A stretch of DNA of 64,000 nucleotides, taken from Eledone cirrhosa (taxonomy: Eukaryota). Below, piece after piece: positions 40,831 to 55,284 of the stretch. The DNA is taken from positions 165,230,001 through 165,294,000 of the forward strand of contig OZ024740.1 in assembly GCA_964016885.1 (NCBI GenBank), written 5' to 3'. The notes beneath the pieces were generated by a model. The model was given only the letters and a program-made list of their open reading frames with translations, ran no database searches and had not been told where the DNA came from. The position numbers were made by a program, and so were the translations under genes. Positions within the stretch are counted from its first letter, which is position 1. Each line of letters opens with the position of its first letter.

Positions 40831-42069
40831 TAGATATATATATACATATATAATAGTAATAATAATAAATTTGAAGACTAAAATCCAAAGAGAGCTCGAT
40901 AAGGATAAATATATATCAAATATATGAGCGCGCGCATATATTTATATATAAAAGCATATAAAATATGTTTATGTATATCTCGCTGCGATCTTGCCTCAAT
41001 GCCGATTGAGCAGCTGTCCAAGATGAAGGATAACATCCTGAAACACTGGTGTCTGTAGTATCTGGCGTTCTCACACGGCAACTGAGATAGCTGAAACATG
41101 TTCACAGATTAACATACCAATAGCTAGAATTGGGTATCTGTATTCTCTACCCTATTTTGTAAATCATGCCGATCATTCTTGTCCCCATTCCATTTCATTC
41201 TCTCGAATGTTCTAACTACGTATCTACCCTTACACCAATCCAACTATTCTTCTATCCACCCATTCATACATTTATCCAACTATCTAGTAAGCTATTTTTG
41301 TTACTATCTTAGTCTCTCCTTTATTTGTCTTTTACTCTCTAATTCTTTATTGTTTCTGTTTTTCTTTCTTAATTGCACCTAATGCCTTTCATTCTTTCTC
41401 CGTGCATTTATCTCTTTCCATCTCTCTCTTTTACTCACTCATACACACACCCATATTCACACTTCTATATGTTACATTCCAACACACACATACACACGCA
41501 CATAAACGTTCATATAAACGCGACGCTACAAGAACATACATCAGCTGAATAAACGTCTCACAAGCTCAAGGGAATATTTATCCGAACGATACTGGCTGAT
41601 CTGTTGTTAGTTTAGTATGGTTATACTTCCTAAAATATTAGCCAAAGATAACACAATATGCAAAGTCAATCTCTTTAGCAGATGCTGTAATGGCAGCCAT
41701 ATTACTTTTCTAATTAATCAGTTCGTCAGGAAGTTCTGCGAAATTACTTCTTGATATCCTAATCTAAACTTGACGATGAACCGAATATGTAGAAAACCAC
41801 ACGCACAGGCACATAGACACGCACACTCATACTCATACACAAACACATACGCACACATAAACACACACACTTACACACACATATAGAGACAGAGACACAC
41901 AGACACATACACACACACACATATATATACATATATACACAAGCATATAGATTCCCACAAAAGCCAAAAACAAAGCAAAGCGAATGAAAGCAAAGAGACG
42001 CATAAGCGTGCAGGTGCATGCCACAAGGTTCTCCCATAAAGTGAAAGAAATGGAAATATATACACATGC

Positions 42070-42139
<70 letters not shown>

Positions 42140-42511
42140 ATATATGTACATATATAAATATATATGTATATATACATATGTATATAATATTGCATGGAGT
42201 TCTAACTACGTTATTGCCCTACCTATGTATGTATATATGTATATATGTATATATGTATATATATATATATATATATTTATATATGTGTGTGTGTGTATAT
42301 ATATAGGAGCCCACTAATCCTGCTGGCGGAAATTGCAGTTTTGTTCTATCTGTATATGTGCAGATACCCTTATCACACCCCCTTCCCTGAATCTTGTATG
42401 AGTGTAGCACGTACATATGTGCGTGTGTATGCATGTGAAACTGCGTATGGACGTGAAAATGTATGTATCTCTCTCTCTTTCCCTCTTTACATATATTTAT
42501 ACATACATATG

Positions 42512-42546
<35 letters not shown>

Positions 42547-43720
42547 CTGTGTGTAGGTGCTTTTACATTACAGTGTTCATATGCATACACACAGGTATGT
42601 GTATGTGCGTACACGAGTATCTGTGGACACGGCGATATATGTGTGCTTTTATTAATGTGCTTGTGCCTGTGTGCGGATATTTTACCCTCTCATCTCCTTC
42701 ACCTACTCTTTACTTATTCTCTAAATTTTATTTCACCCCATTCCTTTCATTAAAGTATTAATTGATTTATTTATTCATACATTTCTATGTAAAACCCTTT
42801 AAAACTCCCCTATATACTTGTGTGTACTTGTATTTATGCAATATGCATAAACATAGTACCTACACTTTATCAATGGCTACGAACCAATATTATCCACTTT
42901 ACCTATTTTAAACCCATATATTTCACTAGGTCTTATTCTATATATTATCTTATTTATTAATTTCCTTAAACATTTGCTCCTTTTTTATTATATAACCTAA
43001 TTTTTATTTTAAATGTTATTCTCTTCTTAAAAGTAATGCTTCAGGCTCTAAGATCTGGGTATACATAGCGTTATGCCTCCCCCTCCACCCTCTATTCATA
43101 TGACCATTATTCCTCTTGAACTCCCCTCAAACACACTAACCACCCCTACACCTAGCCACACTACCTCGTACTCCTGACCCGTTGCCTGTCCAGATATTCT
43201 TACCATTCACTGGTTCCCCGCTTTCTCCATCAATCCATTTTACTACTAGGATAAATTCTACCAAAACACTACCAAGACTACTGACCTATTTTTACACACC
43301 TTACAAATATTACTACACCCTGGGAAAAGCTTGCTGAACACACAAGCCGAAACAGGTTGGTGCCGAGGTCGGGATTTTCCATCTTCCAATTTATATATAT
43401 ATTACATCTTCCAAAACACACCGAACATTATAATAAATGTTAGGTGAATCCATACGTACATATATATGTGTGTGCATATATGTATATATATATACATACT
43501 ACTGTACGTCTGTATACATATATGTATGTACGTGTACATACTTATATTTAAGTAACAGCCGTACTAAGAGTGGGAAATGAAATTTCATTTCATTTTTTCC
43601 GTTTATATATATATATATAATGTATAATAAACAATACAATATAATTACCTCATTACCAGAGGTTTCCCGAATAAGACGAATACAATAAACGTCCGCATTC
43701 GTTCGTCAGACAAGGCAATT

Positions 43721-43769
<49 letters not shown>

Positions 43770-43773
<4 letters not shown>

Positions 43774-43867
43774 ATGTATGGCCTTGAGGGCAGAGCTCAA
43801 ACCGTTTCTGGATCCAGAAATAGCCGTCGAAACGGCTTGAGCTCTGCCGTCGGAGTCATACATTTTC
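43770..43867. repeat. Short fold-back hairpin (~39 bp arms) between (TA)n tracts
   Basis: GAAAATGTATGGC..GCAGAGCTCAAACCGTTTC vs GAAACGGCTTGAGCTCTGC..GTCATACATTTTC. Confidence 0.75.
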
Positions 43868-43947
43868 CTATTACCCACTCTACTACCCTAAGTATTGAGT
43901 ACTCTGGTGCGTTATGGTCCATCTGGTTCCTTACCACACCTGCTTCG

Positions 43948-44015
<68 letters not shown>

Positions 44016-44274
44016 TATATATACACAGTGGCGGACTGGGTCTAGAAATATTGGTTGCCTGGAGATGAAGCAGGACCACCTATATATAGAATGCTATCAT
44101 TTAATTTTCATAATGAATAAATAACGTTTTCGAAAAATAGAATAAGTGATAGATAAGTGCAAAATAGATAATTAAAAAATAGATAAGTGCAAAAGAGTGC
44201 AATCAGATTTTTGCGGGAAAATATCTTACCTTCTCCAATAAAAAAATATGTATTTTGCGAAATCCAGACTTTTA

Positions 44275-44376
44275 ATAATTGTTTCTACTTTAGGCACAAG
44301 GCCAGCAATTACCCAGTGCATTACTGGTACTTTATTTTATCGACCCCGTAAGGATGAAAGGCAAAGTCAACCTCGA
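44275..44376 (-). mobile_element. 3' half of octopus-type SINE
   Basis: Reverse complement of the SINE core and tail. Confidence 0.8.
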
Positions 44377-44396
44377 ATGACCAGAAGTCGACACTA

Positions 44397-44990
44397 TATA
44401 TTACTAATAGCTCTAGGAAAGCCATGGACGACGCCACATTTTTTAAACTTTGATTTTGAAAGTAGGTTTATAATCATCAATTTTCATTATACTTTTGTAT
44501 CTGTCTCGGTGGCCTAGTTGGAGGAATCATAGACGGCGGTGATCTTGGTCTGAAGTTCGATACTGATCGGGACTAGGGTTCCCAGAAACCTTTTCAGTTT
44601 TTTTCTATGGGTTGTAAAATAAAAACTGAAAAGGGTTACAGAAACGACTGCAAAAATCTTGTGAAAATTCATACTTATAAACCTACTTTCAAAGTTTTCA
44701 AAACAAAGTGTTGTGGTGTCGTTCATGTCTTTCTTAATGTTATTGCTCCTACTTAAGGTCCACTTCTAAGGTATTTGTGTGTTCCATAAACTACATCCTC
44801 CTTTTGTTTCACATCTATCTAGTCTATATTTTAACCTGTAATCCATCTTTCATTTCTGTTGCACCTCATCGCCCTCCTCTCTCTTTCTCTCTCTTTCTCT
44901 CTGTGATATTATAATCTACCATGATTTGGGCTTACTTTATTCATGTATATATGTTTTTGCATGTCAGATTAAAACTTACAATGATTGGCA
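44397..44990. repeat. Palindromic repeat with tRNA-like promoter boxes, copy A
   Basis: Imperfect inverted arms ~44416-44505 and 44648-44735; duplicated at 45285-45935. Confidence 0.7.
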
Positions 44991-45133
44991 TTTTATATAT
45001 GGTAACACTGAGGACCGAATAAATTAAATTAACCGATATAAAAGACACAGAAGCGAAAACTAACCAAACAGTGAGTGTTTTCTGGTATTAATTCTGGCAA
45101 TATTATTACACAAATATGACCCTCCCCAAGTAT

Positions 45134-45181
<48 letters not shown>

Positions 45182-45284
45182 TGTTTGCTAAAATAATCAA
45201 ATTAAATCAAATCAACAGTTACACGCACATAGGAATAATAAGGTTGTTACCAAATGGCCACATGATTGACAAGCCGAACCTAAA

Positions 45285-45764
45285 TATTACTAATAGCTCT
45301 AGGAAAGCCATGAACGACACCACATATTTTAAACTTTGATTTTGGAAGTTTGGAAGTAGGGTTATAATTATGCATTTTCATTATACTTTTGTAGATGTCT
45401 CGGTGGCCTAGTTGGAGGAATTATAGCCGGTCTGAAGTTCGATCCTGGTCGGGAGTAGAGTTCGCAGTAAACCTTTTCAGTTTTTTTCTATTGGTTGTAA
45501 AATAAAAACTGAAAAAGATAACATGTACCTCTTGACCAGGCTTGAACCCAAGGTCAGGATCTCTACCATCTCTAGTACCTACCGCTAGGCCACATAGACA
45601 ACTACGAAAATCTTATGAAAATTCATACTTATAAAACTACTTTCAAAACTTTCAAAACAAAGAGTTGTGGTGTCGTTCATGTCTTTCTTAATGTTATTGC
45701 TGCTACTAAGGTCGACTTCTAAACCATTTGGGTGTTCCATAAACTACATCCTCGCTTTGTTTCA

Positions 45765-45840
<76 letters not shown>

Positions 45841-45934
45841 ATATTGGAATGAATCTTTTATCATTTGGGCTTACCTTATTCCTCTATATATGTAATTGCA
45901 TGTCAGTTAGATTCAAACTTACAATGAATGGCAT

Positions 45935-45935
<1 letters not shown>
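45285..45935. repeat. Palindromic repeat with two convergent tRNA-like heads, copy B
   Basis: A/B boxes on + (45404-45445) and on - (45539-45592). Confidence 0.7.
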
Positions 45936-46007
<72 letters not shown>

Positions 46008-46251
46008 GGGGACAAGTTATAAAAATATTGGTTGCCAGATGAAATGGGCCCACCTACATATAGAATGCTATCATTTAATTTTTATAATGAATAAATCACA
46101 TTTTCAAAACATACATACATAAGTGGAAAGAAAACAGTGTTATCAAATTTTTGCGGAAAAGTATGTTACCTTCTCCATTAAAAAATATATACTTTGCGAA
46201 AGCCAGAGAATTTCAATAATGACCTTTGGTCTTTCACACCCACTATATATA

Positions 46252-46693
46252 TATATTAGTAAAAAGGAAAAGAAAATGCTGACAGATTTTTTCCAGTGAA
46301 AAATAGTTTAATTAGGAATAAGTATAAATTAGTAATAAGTAATGATTAGTATTCAGTGTTAGTTTTAAGTTATTTACCGGTTGCGCATTTCAAATGCTTT
46401 TCAAAAATAATTTTAAGATAGAGCGTTCATGATTTGGTTTGTTGTTGAATGTCACGTGAATAAGCACTATAATTGTGATTGGTCGGTAGAAGTCACGTGA
46501 ATGTTCAATAATAAAAGAACTGAAATGATGTATATTATTGTCATAACACCAAGGTGTGTGTGAGTCCAGATTGTACGTACTGCAAGGGAATCCTTTAAGC
46601 CCTGCCGTATGGGATACTTGTGGATAGAAATGTATGTAGGATGTATTTTCTTTTCCTTTTTACTAATATATCACAACTCGTGTATCGCACCTC

Positions 46694-46700
<7 letters not shown>
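46252..46700. repeat. Fold-back element (short terminal inversion + extension); a related arm is at 52705-52912
   Basis: ATATTAGTAAAAAGGAAAAGAAAAT vs ATTTTCTTTTCCTTTTTACTAATAT; both ends abut (TA)n. Confidence 0.72.
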
Positions 46701-46761
<61 letters not shown>

Positions 46762-46769
<8 letters not shown>

Positions 46770-46989
46770 TAAAATAACAGATTAAAGTTTAAGCAAAGAA
46801 TCGCTGCTTTCACCCTTAACAGGATCTTCTGAAGATCCCGTTAAGGGTGAAAGCAGCGATTCTTTGCTTAAACTTTAATCTGTTATTTTAATAAATATTT
46901 GCTCTACGGTTTTTATACATTTGATATATATTTATCCTTATCGAGCCCTCTTTGGATTTTTGTCGTCAAATTTATTATTATTACTATAT

Positions 46990-46990
<1 letters not shown>
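46762..46990. repeat. Near-perfect 137-bp palindrome plus ~90-bp extension, derived from the terminal repeat of Penelope-like element 2
   Basis: 68-bp arms centred on T46830 with one mismatch; nearly identical to 60913-60980 and 48623-48690. Confidence 0.9.
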
Positions 46991-47085
<95 letters not shown>

Positions 47086-47596
47086 TGTGTGTGTGTGTGT
47101 GTATTCGTGTGTCTGTGTATGTATGTCTGCATGCATGAATGAATACACTAAGCTTTTGATTAAGTAGAATGTACAACCACTGATTTCAGCTATTTGTGCT
47201 ATCGTGTATTTTGGTTTCTAGTAATTCCCTGGGGAATTGGTTGACCAAATGCTTTGCATAATTGTTTTATTTTATTTTTTTTCATTTTATTCTTTCTCTT
47301 AGATTTCAGGTATTTTTTGAAAGCAAAGCATTAGCCCCTAAAATACTACAGTGGTCCCTGCAATGCCATTGGGCAACCTGGCCTGTCCGCCACTGTATGT
47401 ATATATATATAATTTGGCAAAAACACAATACCACGATGTACTCCTCGCAATGTGTGGTACTGCAATATCGTGCCAGCCACTCTCCTACTCAATGCAGCCT
47501 GGCGGTAACAGATGCAAAGAATATCACTACGGAATTCGGTAAAGAGGTGGCAAAATATGAACAAAGTCGTCAGGGCAATCAACAATATTTCAATAT

Positions 47597-47727
<131 letters not shown>

Positions 47728-47919
47728 CTTTAGGTTTGTTGGTTCACCACTGGATAGAATTGGTCATTCCGTATGGTCAATCCTGGTGTAATATTGTGAA
47801 GAGTATTCAGCGCAGTGCAGTTCACCCATCTTCGTTTGTGTTGTTGGTAGTGCGAATACGGAGTTAATTATAAATAAAATAACAGGATTTACACCAGTCC
47901 AGCCTCCTGTTATTTTATG

Positions 47920-47993
<74 letters not shown>

Positions 47994-48465
47994 TGAATAT
48001 AATAGAAAGATAAACACAGATATATACATATATGTGTTCAAATCGTAAGAGACCAGATTCGCTAAGGTGAAAAAAATACTAACTATGGACAATAGGGTTT
48101 GCCGGACTCAATTTAAGAATAAATCAAGAAAATAAATACAAACCGGAATTGTGGTAACTACCAATCACCCAGACAGCGTTTGGTTATGCTGTTTCGAAAA
48201 ATTAATTGTGAAGAGGGATACAAATTCTTGATCGTCAGTGGGTGAAGAATTAGTATCTTGGTCACTTCTAAGTATATTAAACACTGAATAGTGTGCGTAT
48301 ATATAATAACGCATGTGGTAGCGGAACATAGCGTGTCTCACAAACTCAGACCACTAAAAATAGCAGCCATATATTCAATTATAATATACGGCTCGGAAAA
48401 ATCTCTTTCCTAGAGCTATTTTATTGTTAGAGTCTATTTTGAGTTTCTCACTCAATATATACCTT

Positions 48466-48620
<155 letters not shown>

Positions 48621-48622
48621 GT

Positions 48623-49900
48623 ATATTTATTAAAATAACAGATTAAAGTTTAAGCAAAGAATCGCTGCTTTCACCCTTAACGGGATCTTCTGAAACTAAC
48701 AAAGTCAATCTGTAAACGCAGAACTGGATATTTCAAAAAACGTTGCAACCGGAGGAAGACAGGAAGACGATACTTTGGTTCGTGGTCACGTTCGCTGGCA
48801 AAGAACGGGAAAAAACGAATATAATACGTCATTAATAGGAGCGGCGAAAAACAATTACGCGCAAAGACAAAACCACGTTTATGGTATAAAAGAGGTCGTA
48901 GACTAATGTTCTCTTAGGTGGTGCATAGAGACACCTTCTCGTACGTATATTTGACTGTTATGGCGTATCATTTTTACATATTCTGGTATTTAGGGTTTGG
49001 CTATGTGTATACGGGAGTTTTGCGTCCGAGTGAGTATGCAGGTTCGTACGTATGGTGGGTGTGTGTATATGTGTACTTGTTTTAGTTGACTTACGTCTCC
49101 GAACATTCGTGTATTTATATGTAGGTATGTGTGTGCGCTTGTTATATACGTATTTATTTACTTATATACGTTTATATAATTATTTATTTATTTGTACACA
49201 AGCATACACACACACACATATTTATATGTGCGTGGTTTTGTATACCTATGGTAAGGTTTTGCGTATGCTTGTGTATGTACGTATCTGTTTGCGTGTATGT
49301 ATTTATTTGTTTCTATTACTTCTGTATTGTATTTATTTACTTTGTTCTTAACTCTGTAGCGGAGATTCATTTGATCTCCTAGTTAGAATTTTAGTCTACG
49401 ACTTTTGCTATACCATTTACGTGGTTTGTCTTTGCGTGCTTTTGTTCTCCACGCTCCACATATGACTTATTATCTTCGTTTTTTCGTTCATTGCCAGAGA
49501 ACGTCTCTATGCACCACCTAAGAGAACATTAGTCTACGACCTCTTTTATACCATAAACGTGGTTTTGTCTTTGCGCGTAATTGTTTTTCACCGCTCCTAT
49601 TAATGACGTATTATATTCGTTTTTTCCCGTTCTTTGCCAGCGAACGTTACCACGAACCAAAATATCGTCTTCCTGTCTTCCTCCGGTTGCAACGTTTTTG
49701 AAATATCCAGTTCTGCATTTACAGATTGACTTTGTTAGTTTCAGAAGATCCCGTTAAGGGTGAAAGCAGTGATTCTTTGCTTAAACTTTAATCTGTTATT
49801 TTAATAAATATTTGCTCTACGGTTCTTATATATTTGATATATATTTTCCTTATCGAGCCCTCTTTGGATTTTAGTCTTCAATTTTATTATTATTACTATA
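48623..49900. mobile_element. Non-autonomous Penelope derivative with ~310-bp inverted pseudo-LTRs and ~90-bp extension
   Basis: 48623-48932 vs 49503-49811 inverted and nearly identical; termini shared with 60913-63200. Confidence 0.88.
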
Positions 49901-51117
49901 TATATGTATATATATATATATATATATATTTCGTTTCTGAATTTGGCAACATGACCTTCCCAAAATATAGCAATATATATATATATATATATATATATAT
50001 CTTTGTATATCATCTATAAATATGCGTCGCTGATTGGATCGCTACAATATGTTTGAACACCAAGTAGGTATTTAAAAAAAAGCTTTAAACTACTAAAAAT
50101 ATATATATATTATGTAGTATATAGCAGACGATGAACTTATTATACTCTGACATCGCCGTTCTCACAAACAAGAACGACTGCGATTCCCCGGCTACTTTAA
50201 AAGTTCCCTTAATTCTTTATTGCATATGCGATAAATATAAATAAATACATTAACAGTTACTGAACGATTTATAAGCAAGCCCATAATCCACCGGAAATTA
50301 AATTTTTTCACCTATTTGTATTTTGGGGGTGCTGTTGTCAAGTCCAGGCTAGCCTTGGTTAAAGAACTAGCCACTATGTGGCATCTCGTACTCCTACGGA
50401 TAGCAGCAGCTAAATCTTTCTCAAATTACGCTCTACTTTCCACTTTCTTTTAAAAGGCACATTGAATGGTGCATTTCCAGATATAGATGCAATGCTCACG
50501 CTTGAACCACTTATCATCACAGGTCAATTTGATAAGGGCTTATTGGGAGCAAACTATTTGCTTAGCTCGTCAAATTACTTATATAGAATTTTTCCGCTTC
50601 TCCACTCTAAAAGACATTATTTTTTTCATACTGATTATTATTTTTAATGTTGCTTTTCCAAACGTCTAACCCAGTCAGCTCTGATTTAACAGACCTATAA
50701 GTGAGTACACACCTGTCATATCCCATATTTTTTTTTACAGACATAATGTAATCTGGCATACATTGTGTAACGCCCCCCTTTTTAGAGCAGTAAACAGTGT
50801 TTTGAAGGATATTTTTGGTATTTCTTGTAAAACTAGTAAACACGTAAATGTATCCTCGTTGATGCCTTCAATATTGGGTTCAACATGTTCGATAAACCAT
50901 TCTTCTTAATTTGTAAGTTAATACTACTAATAGCGTTCGGTTTCATTGTTGTGTATACTACAGAGTATATTTATATGTGTATAGATATTGTAGATTAGAC
51001 ATAATTTTTGCATCGATATTCACATAGAGTGTTGGTAAAAATCTATTCTATAACTTTGGAATAAAACATTTTAACACACAAGCAAATTATCAAACTACAT
51101 ATATATATATATATTAT

Positions 51118-51456
51118 ATAGTGAAAATAGTGCCACCGTTGTATTTTCGACTAAGTAAATTAGCCTAATAATTTGGAGTTATAAAAATCCACAGAAATGA
51201 ATGAACATTATGGAACACGAACCCACATCGCTGGTTACCCTGGCCATTGGGTTACCATTACATCAATACGCCACTCACACAAATTTCCATTAAATTTGAA
51301 GATATATAATCATAGTGTATGAATACATATATATATAAGATACAAAGCTTCATCAGCTTTTGTTTCCAAACTGAAATTAGATAGTGAATATAGATAGTGA
51401 AAATAATGCCACCGTTGTATTTTTAACTAAGTAAATTAGCCTAATAATTTGGAGTT
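51118..51456 (-). repeat. Element with ~63-bp direct terminal repeats and an internal tRNA-like head
   Basis: 51118-51180 is similar to 51394-51456. The minus strand has TGATGTAATGG...GGTTCGTGTTCC at ~51211-51267. Confidence 0.55.
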
Positions 51457-51479
51457 GTATGTTATATATATATAAAAAG

Positions 51480-52130
<651 letters not shown>

Positions 52131-53003
52131 TTGAGTTCTTAACACGCAGGATTGATAATGTTTTTGAAAAAACTAATTAACCCACGTGTATATTATTTTA
52201 CTTTTCTTCTGACTCGCGATTGTCTCCCTTTTCCGCTTCGTGACGCTATGATACTTCCTCAGTCTAAAGACTGCTGGAATTTCAAATTTGGCGGTCATTT
52301 GATGCGTGAAGGGATGACTTAGCGGACACGAAAAATAACTGCGGTAAGAAATTTTTTCTTATATCAAAGTTTAATGGGTATCCACTGATGATTTATAAGT
52401 GCCCACCTACATATATTCTTAGAAAAATATGTTAGGCTTCTACATAAAATGGAAACATTCTCCCAACTTGTAGAAAACTTAATATGAAACAATTGTTTGG
52501 AAAGAGAGATATATTTTAATTTTAATTATATCTCATATAAAATAATACAACTGGCTTTCCACAAAATACATATAGTTAGCACCCCAAACACAAAATTGGG
52601 ATTATACTAACGTATACCCTAATGTTTGTTGAGTGAGATGGTTACCAGTCAGAGTTTAGCTTAAAGCTTTCTCTCTTATTGTATTAAATATATATATATA
52701 TATTTAAAAGAATAGAGGTGTAACACACGAGTTGTGATATATTAGTAAAAGGAAAAGAAAATGCTGACAAATTGTTCTCAGTGAAAAATAGTTTAATTAG
52801 TAATAAGTAAAAATTAGTAATAAGTATTGGTTAGTATTCAGTTTTGGTTTTAAGTTTTTACCTGTTGCGCATTTCTAATACATTTCAAAAATAATTTTGA
52901 GATAGAGCGCCCGTGATGTTTGCTCTAATGTATATATATATTTCGTGTCTGAATTTGTTTAGGTTATCAGATCTAAGGTCCAAGGAATCGATGAGGTTCC
53001 TCA

Positions 53004-54714
53004 AATTTGACATTGACAGCTTCAATAACTCCGGCACTGCTTAACAAAGCATTAACCCTTGCCAGCACCAACTCTGACATAACTAATAACGAGATTGACA
53101 TCATACTTATGGCTAGGCAGACCATCATTGAATTCAACGGCTCAATCTGGACTAGAACGGACAGAACAGACAACTTCGACATCACTATGGGCTCAAGCGA
53201 CTCACCGCAAATCACCGATTTAGTTGGAATTTACCTATTACATAACATCAGAGCTGCAGAATATATAGAGACGACGCCCTATTTGCAGCCCACAATTGCA
53301 CTAATCGGGGCATTGACTTGCTAAAAAAACAATTACATATATTTTTTTTAAATAACGGTCTTTCTATCACCATCTAACCGAACCATAAGGTAGTAAACTT
53401 CCTGGACGTGACCCTACATCTTAACAATGACTTATATTACCCTTATCATAAACCGGGTGAAATACTTACATATATTAGCCCGCACTCTAACTACCCACCG
53501 GCAGTCATCAGAGCAGTCATGAAATCTATCTCTTATAAGATCTCCATGCTATCCGCAAATGAGGAGATATTTATGAACCATGCGGCATATTATAAGGCCC
53601 TTTCTGAATATGGTTATGAACAGTCCATTTACTACATAACTAAATGCCATAACAAAGAACTTCACCACAACCATAATAACTTTAACACTAGAACTAGAAA
53701 TACTTTAGCATGTAGCCAGATACGCCGGAATTTTAGCAGTAACAGCACCTATACAGGGAACCTTAATGGTACCAGAGGCCTACTTCCCACTCCTAGTAGC
53801 AGACTCACAATCAACCCTAGAATAGAAATGAGCAATGGGATGACAAATAACAAACGCCCAGGTAATAATAACCCTATGAAGGCCTTTGCCAACTCCACTA
53901 GAACCCCTAGAAGGAATAGGAATAGAAATATCACCTGGCTTAACCCCCAATTCTCATCTAATTTAGCCAATAATATCCCTAAACGCTTCTTCTCTATCCT
54001 ATCTAAACATCCCCCCAACCATAGATATTGCAAACTCTTTAATAAAAACAACATTAAAATCTCATTCTCCACAACACCTAACCTAGCTAGCCACATCGCA
54101 TTCAGTAACCATCATAAACTAAGAGACTATAACTCCCACACCGCAGTACTACCATCCCCCTCAAATACACCACGCCACTTCACCAATACTTACTCTAGTA
54201 GCATACCTCTCCCATCTAATCCTTCTAGCACACACCAGCCGCATAGTTTAAACAACCCTACCCTTAATAACCACAGCAGTAACTGCAACTACCGTTACCC
54301 TAATGCATGCCCACTAAACGGACAATGCCTTACACCCAATATAGTATATAGGTGCACAGTTAAAACAGCATCACATACCAGCTCCTATATTTGCTCTACC
54401 TCTAACCCTTTTAAGGTACGCTATAACGCGCACTCATTTTCCTTCCGAGACCCTAGCAATAGATGGTCAACATCTCTAGCTAGGCTCATTAAAAACCTTA
54501 ATTAACCAACACTGAACACTCACTAACATGGGATATCTTGGCTAGATCCCAAGCGTTCAATGGACGAAGAAACTGTTGCGATCTCTGTCTTACGGAGGCC
54601 TATTACATAACTCTATCACGACCACAACCGATTAACGATAGAAACGAGATAACTATTAGCTGTCAACATCGAAGGGCAAATTCCGTCGCCAACATAATAT
54701 TCGACCCAACATAG
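53004..54714 (+). pseudogene. Penelope-like RT + GIY-YIG endonuclease (resembles Nematis type), frameshifted
   Basis: FDITMGSSDS, YRDD, VNFLDVTL, WLNPQ, CNYRYPNACPLNGQCL, IVYRC...YICST..FKVRY..H, CDLCLTEA. Confidence 0.85.
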
Positions 54715-55194
54715 TCATCTAATCTCACTTTTACATATAGCTAATATGTTAAATATTTAACCCAGACTTGGATAATTATAAGTTACCTCCCGACGCTGTC
54801 TCTCACTTAAGCTCATTAGCACGTCTTAGCTATAAATCACCTACAATTTCTAAATTCTCAAGGAGTTACTTCCCTTGAAACCCTCTCTAATTAGTAAGAT
54901 AAATGTCCTTAGGTGGCCATTTTGTTACGCATAGCAGTTCTCGCTTAATACAGCCTCGACAGAAGAATAATGCTTGCTTATAGCAGACAATAGATAGATC
55001 CAGGACACCGTCGTGAAATACAAATATATGGAACATTACATTCATGTAACCATCTTTCTTTACTTTACTTTATATTCCTTATGCCATCGTATTCCAAAGT
55101 TACATATCTTCATCTGAACCAAATCAATAATGATCTATAATCATTTGATCCAGAAACAATATATGGAGTAGCGAAAGAATTGTAAACGGACATA

Positions 55195-55282
<88 letters not shown>

Positions 55283-55284
<2 letters not shown>

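Larger units (their letters stand above)
44026..47395. mobile_element. hAT-like non-autonomous DNA transposon ends: left end at 44026, decayed duplicate left end at 46003, right end at 47395
   Basis: TIR CAGTGGCGGAC...GTCCGCCACTG. 44026-44275 is similar to 46003-46220. Flanks are TA-rich, so the TSD is ambiguous. Confidence 0.6.

Noticed and set aside
48170-48245. CTGACGA...CGAAACAGCATA on minus as a hammerhead
   Set aside because: No helix I or III pairing.
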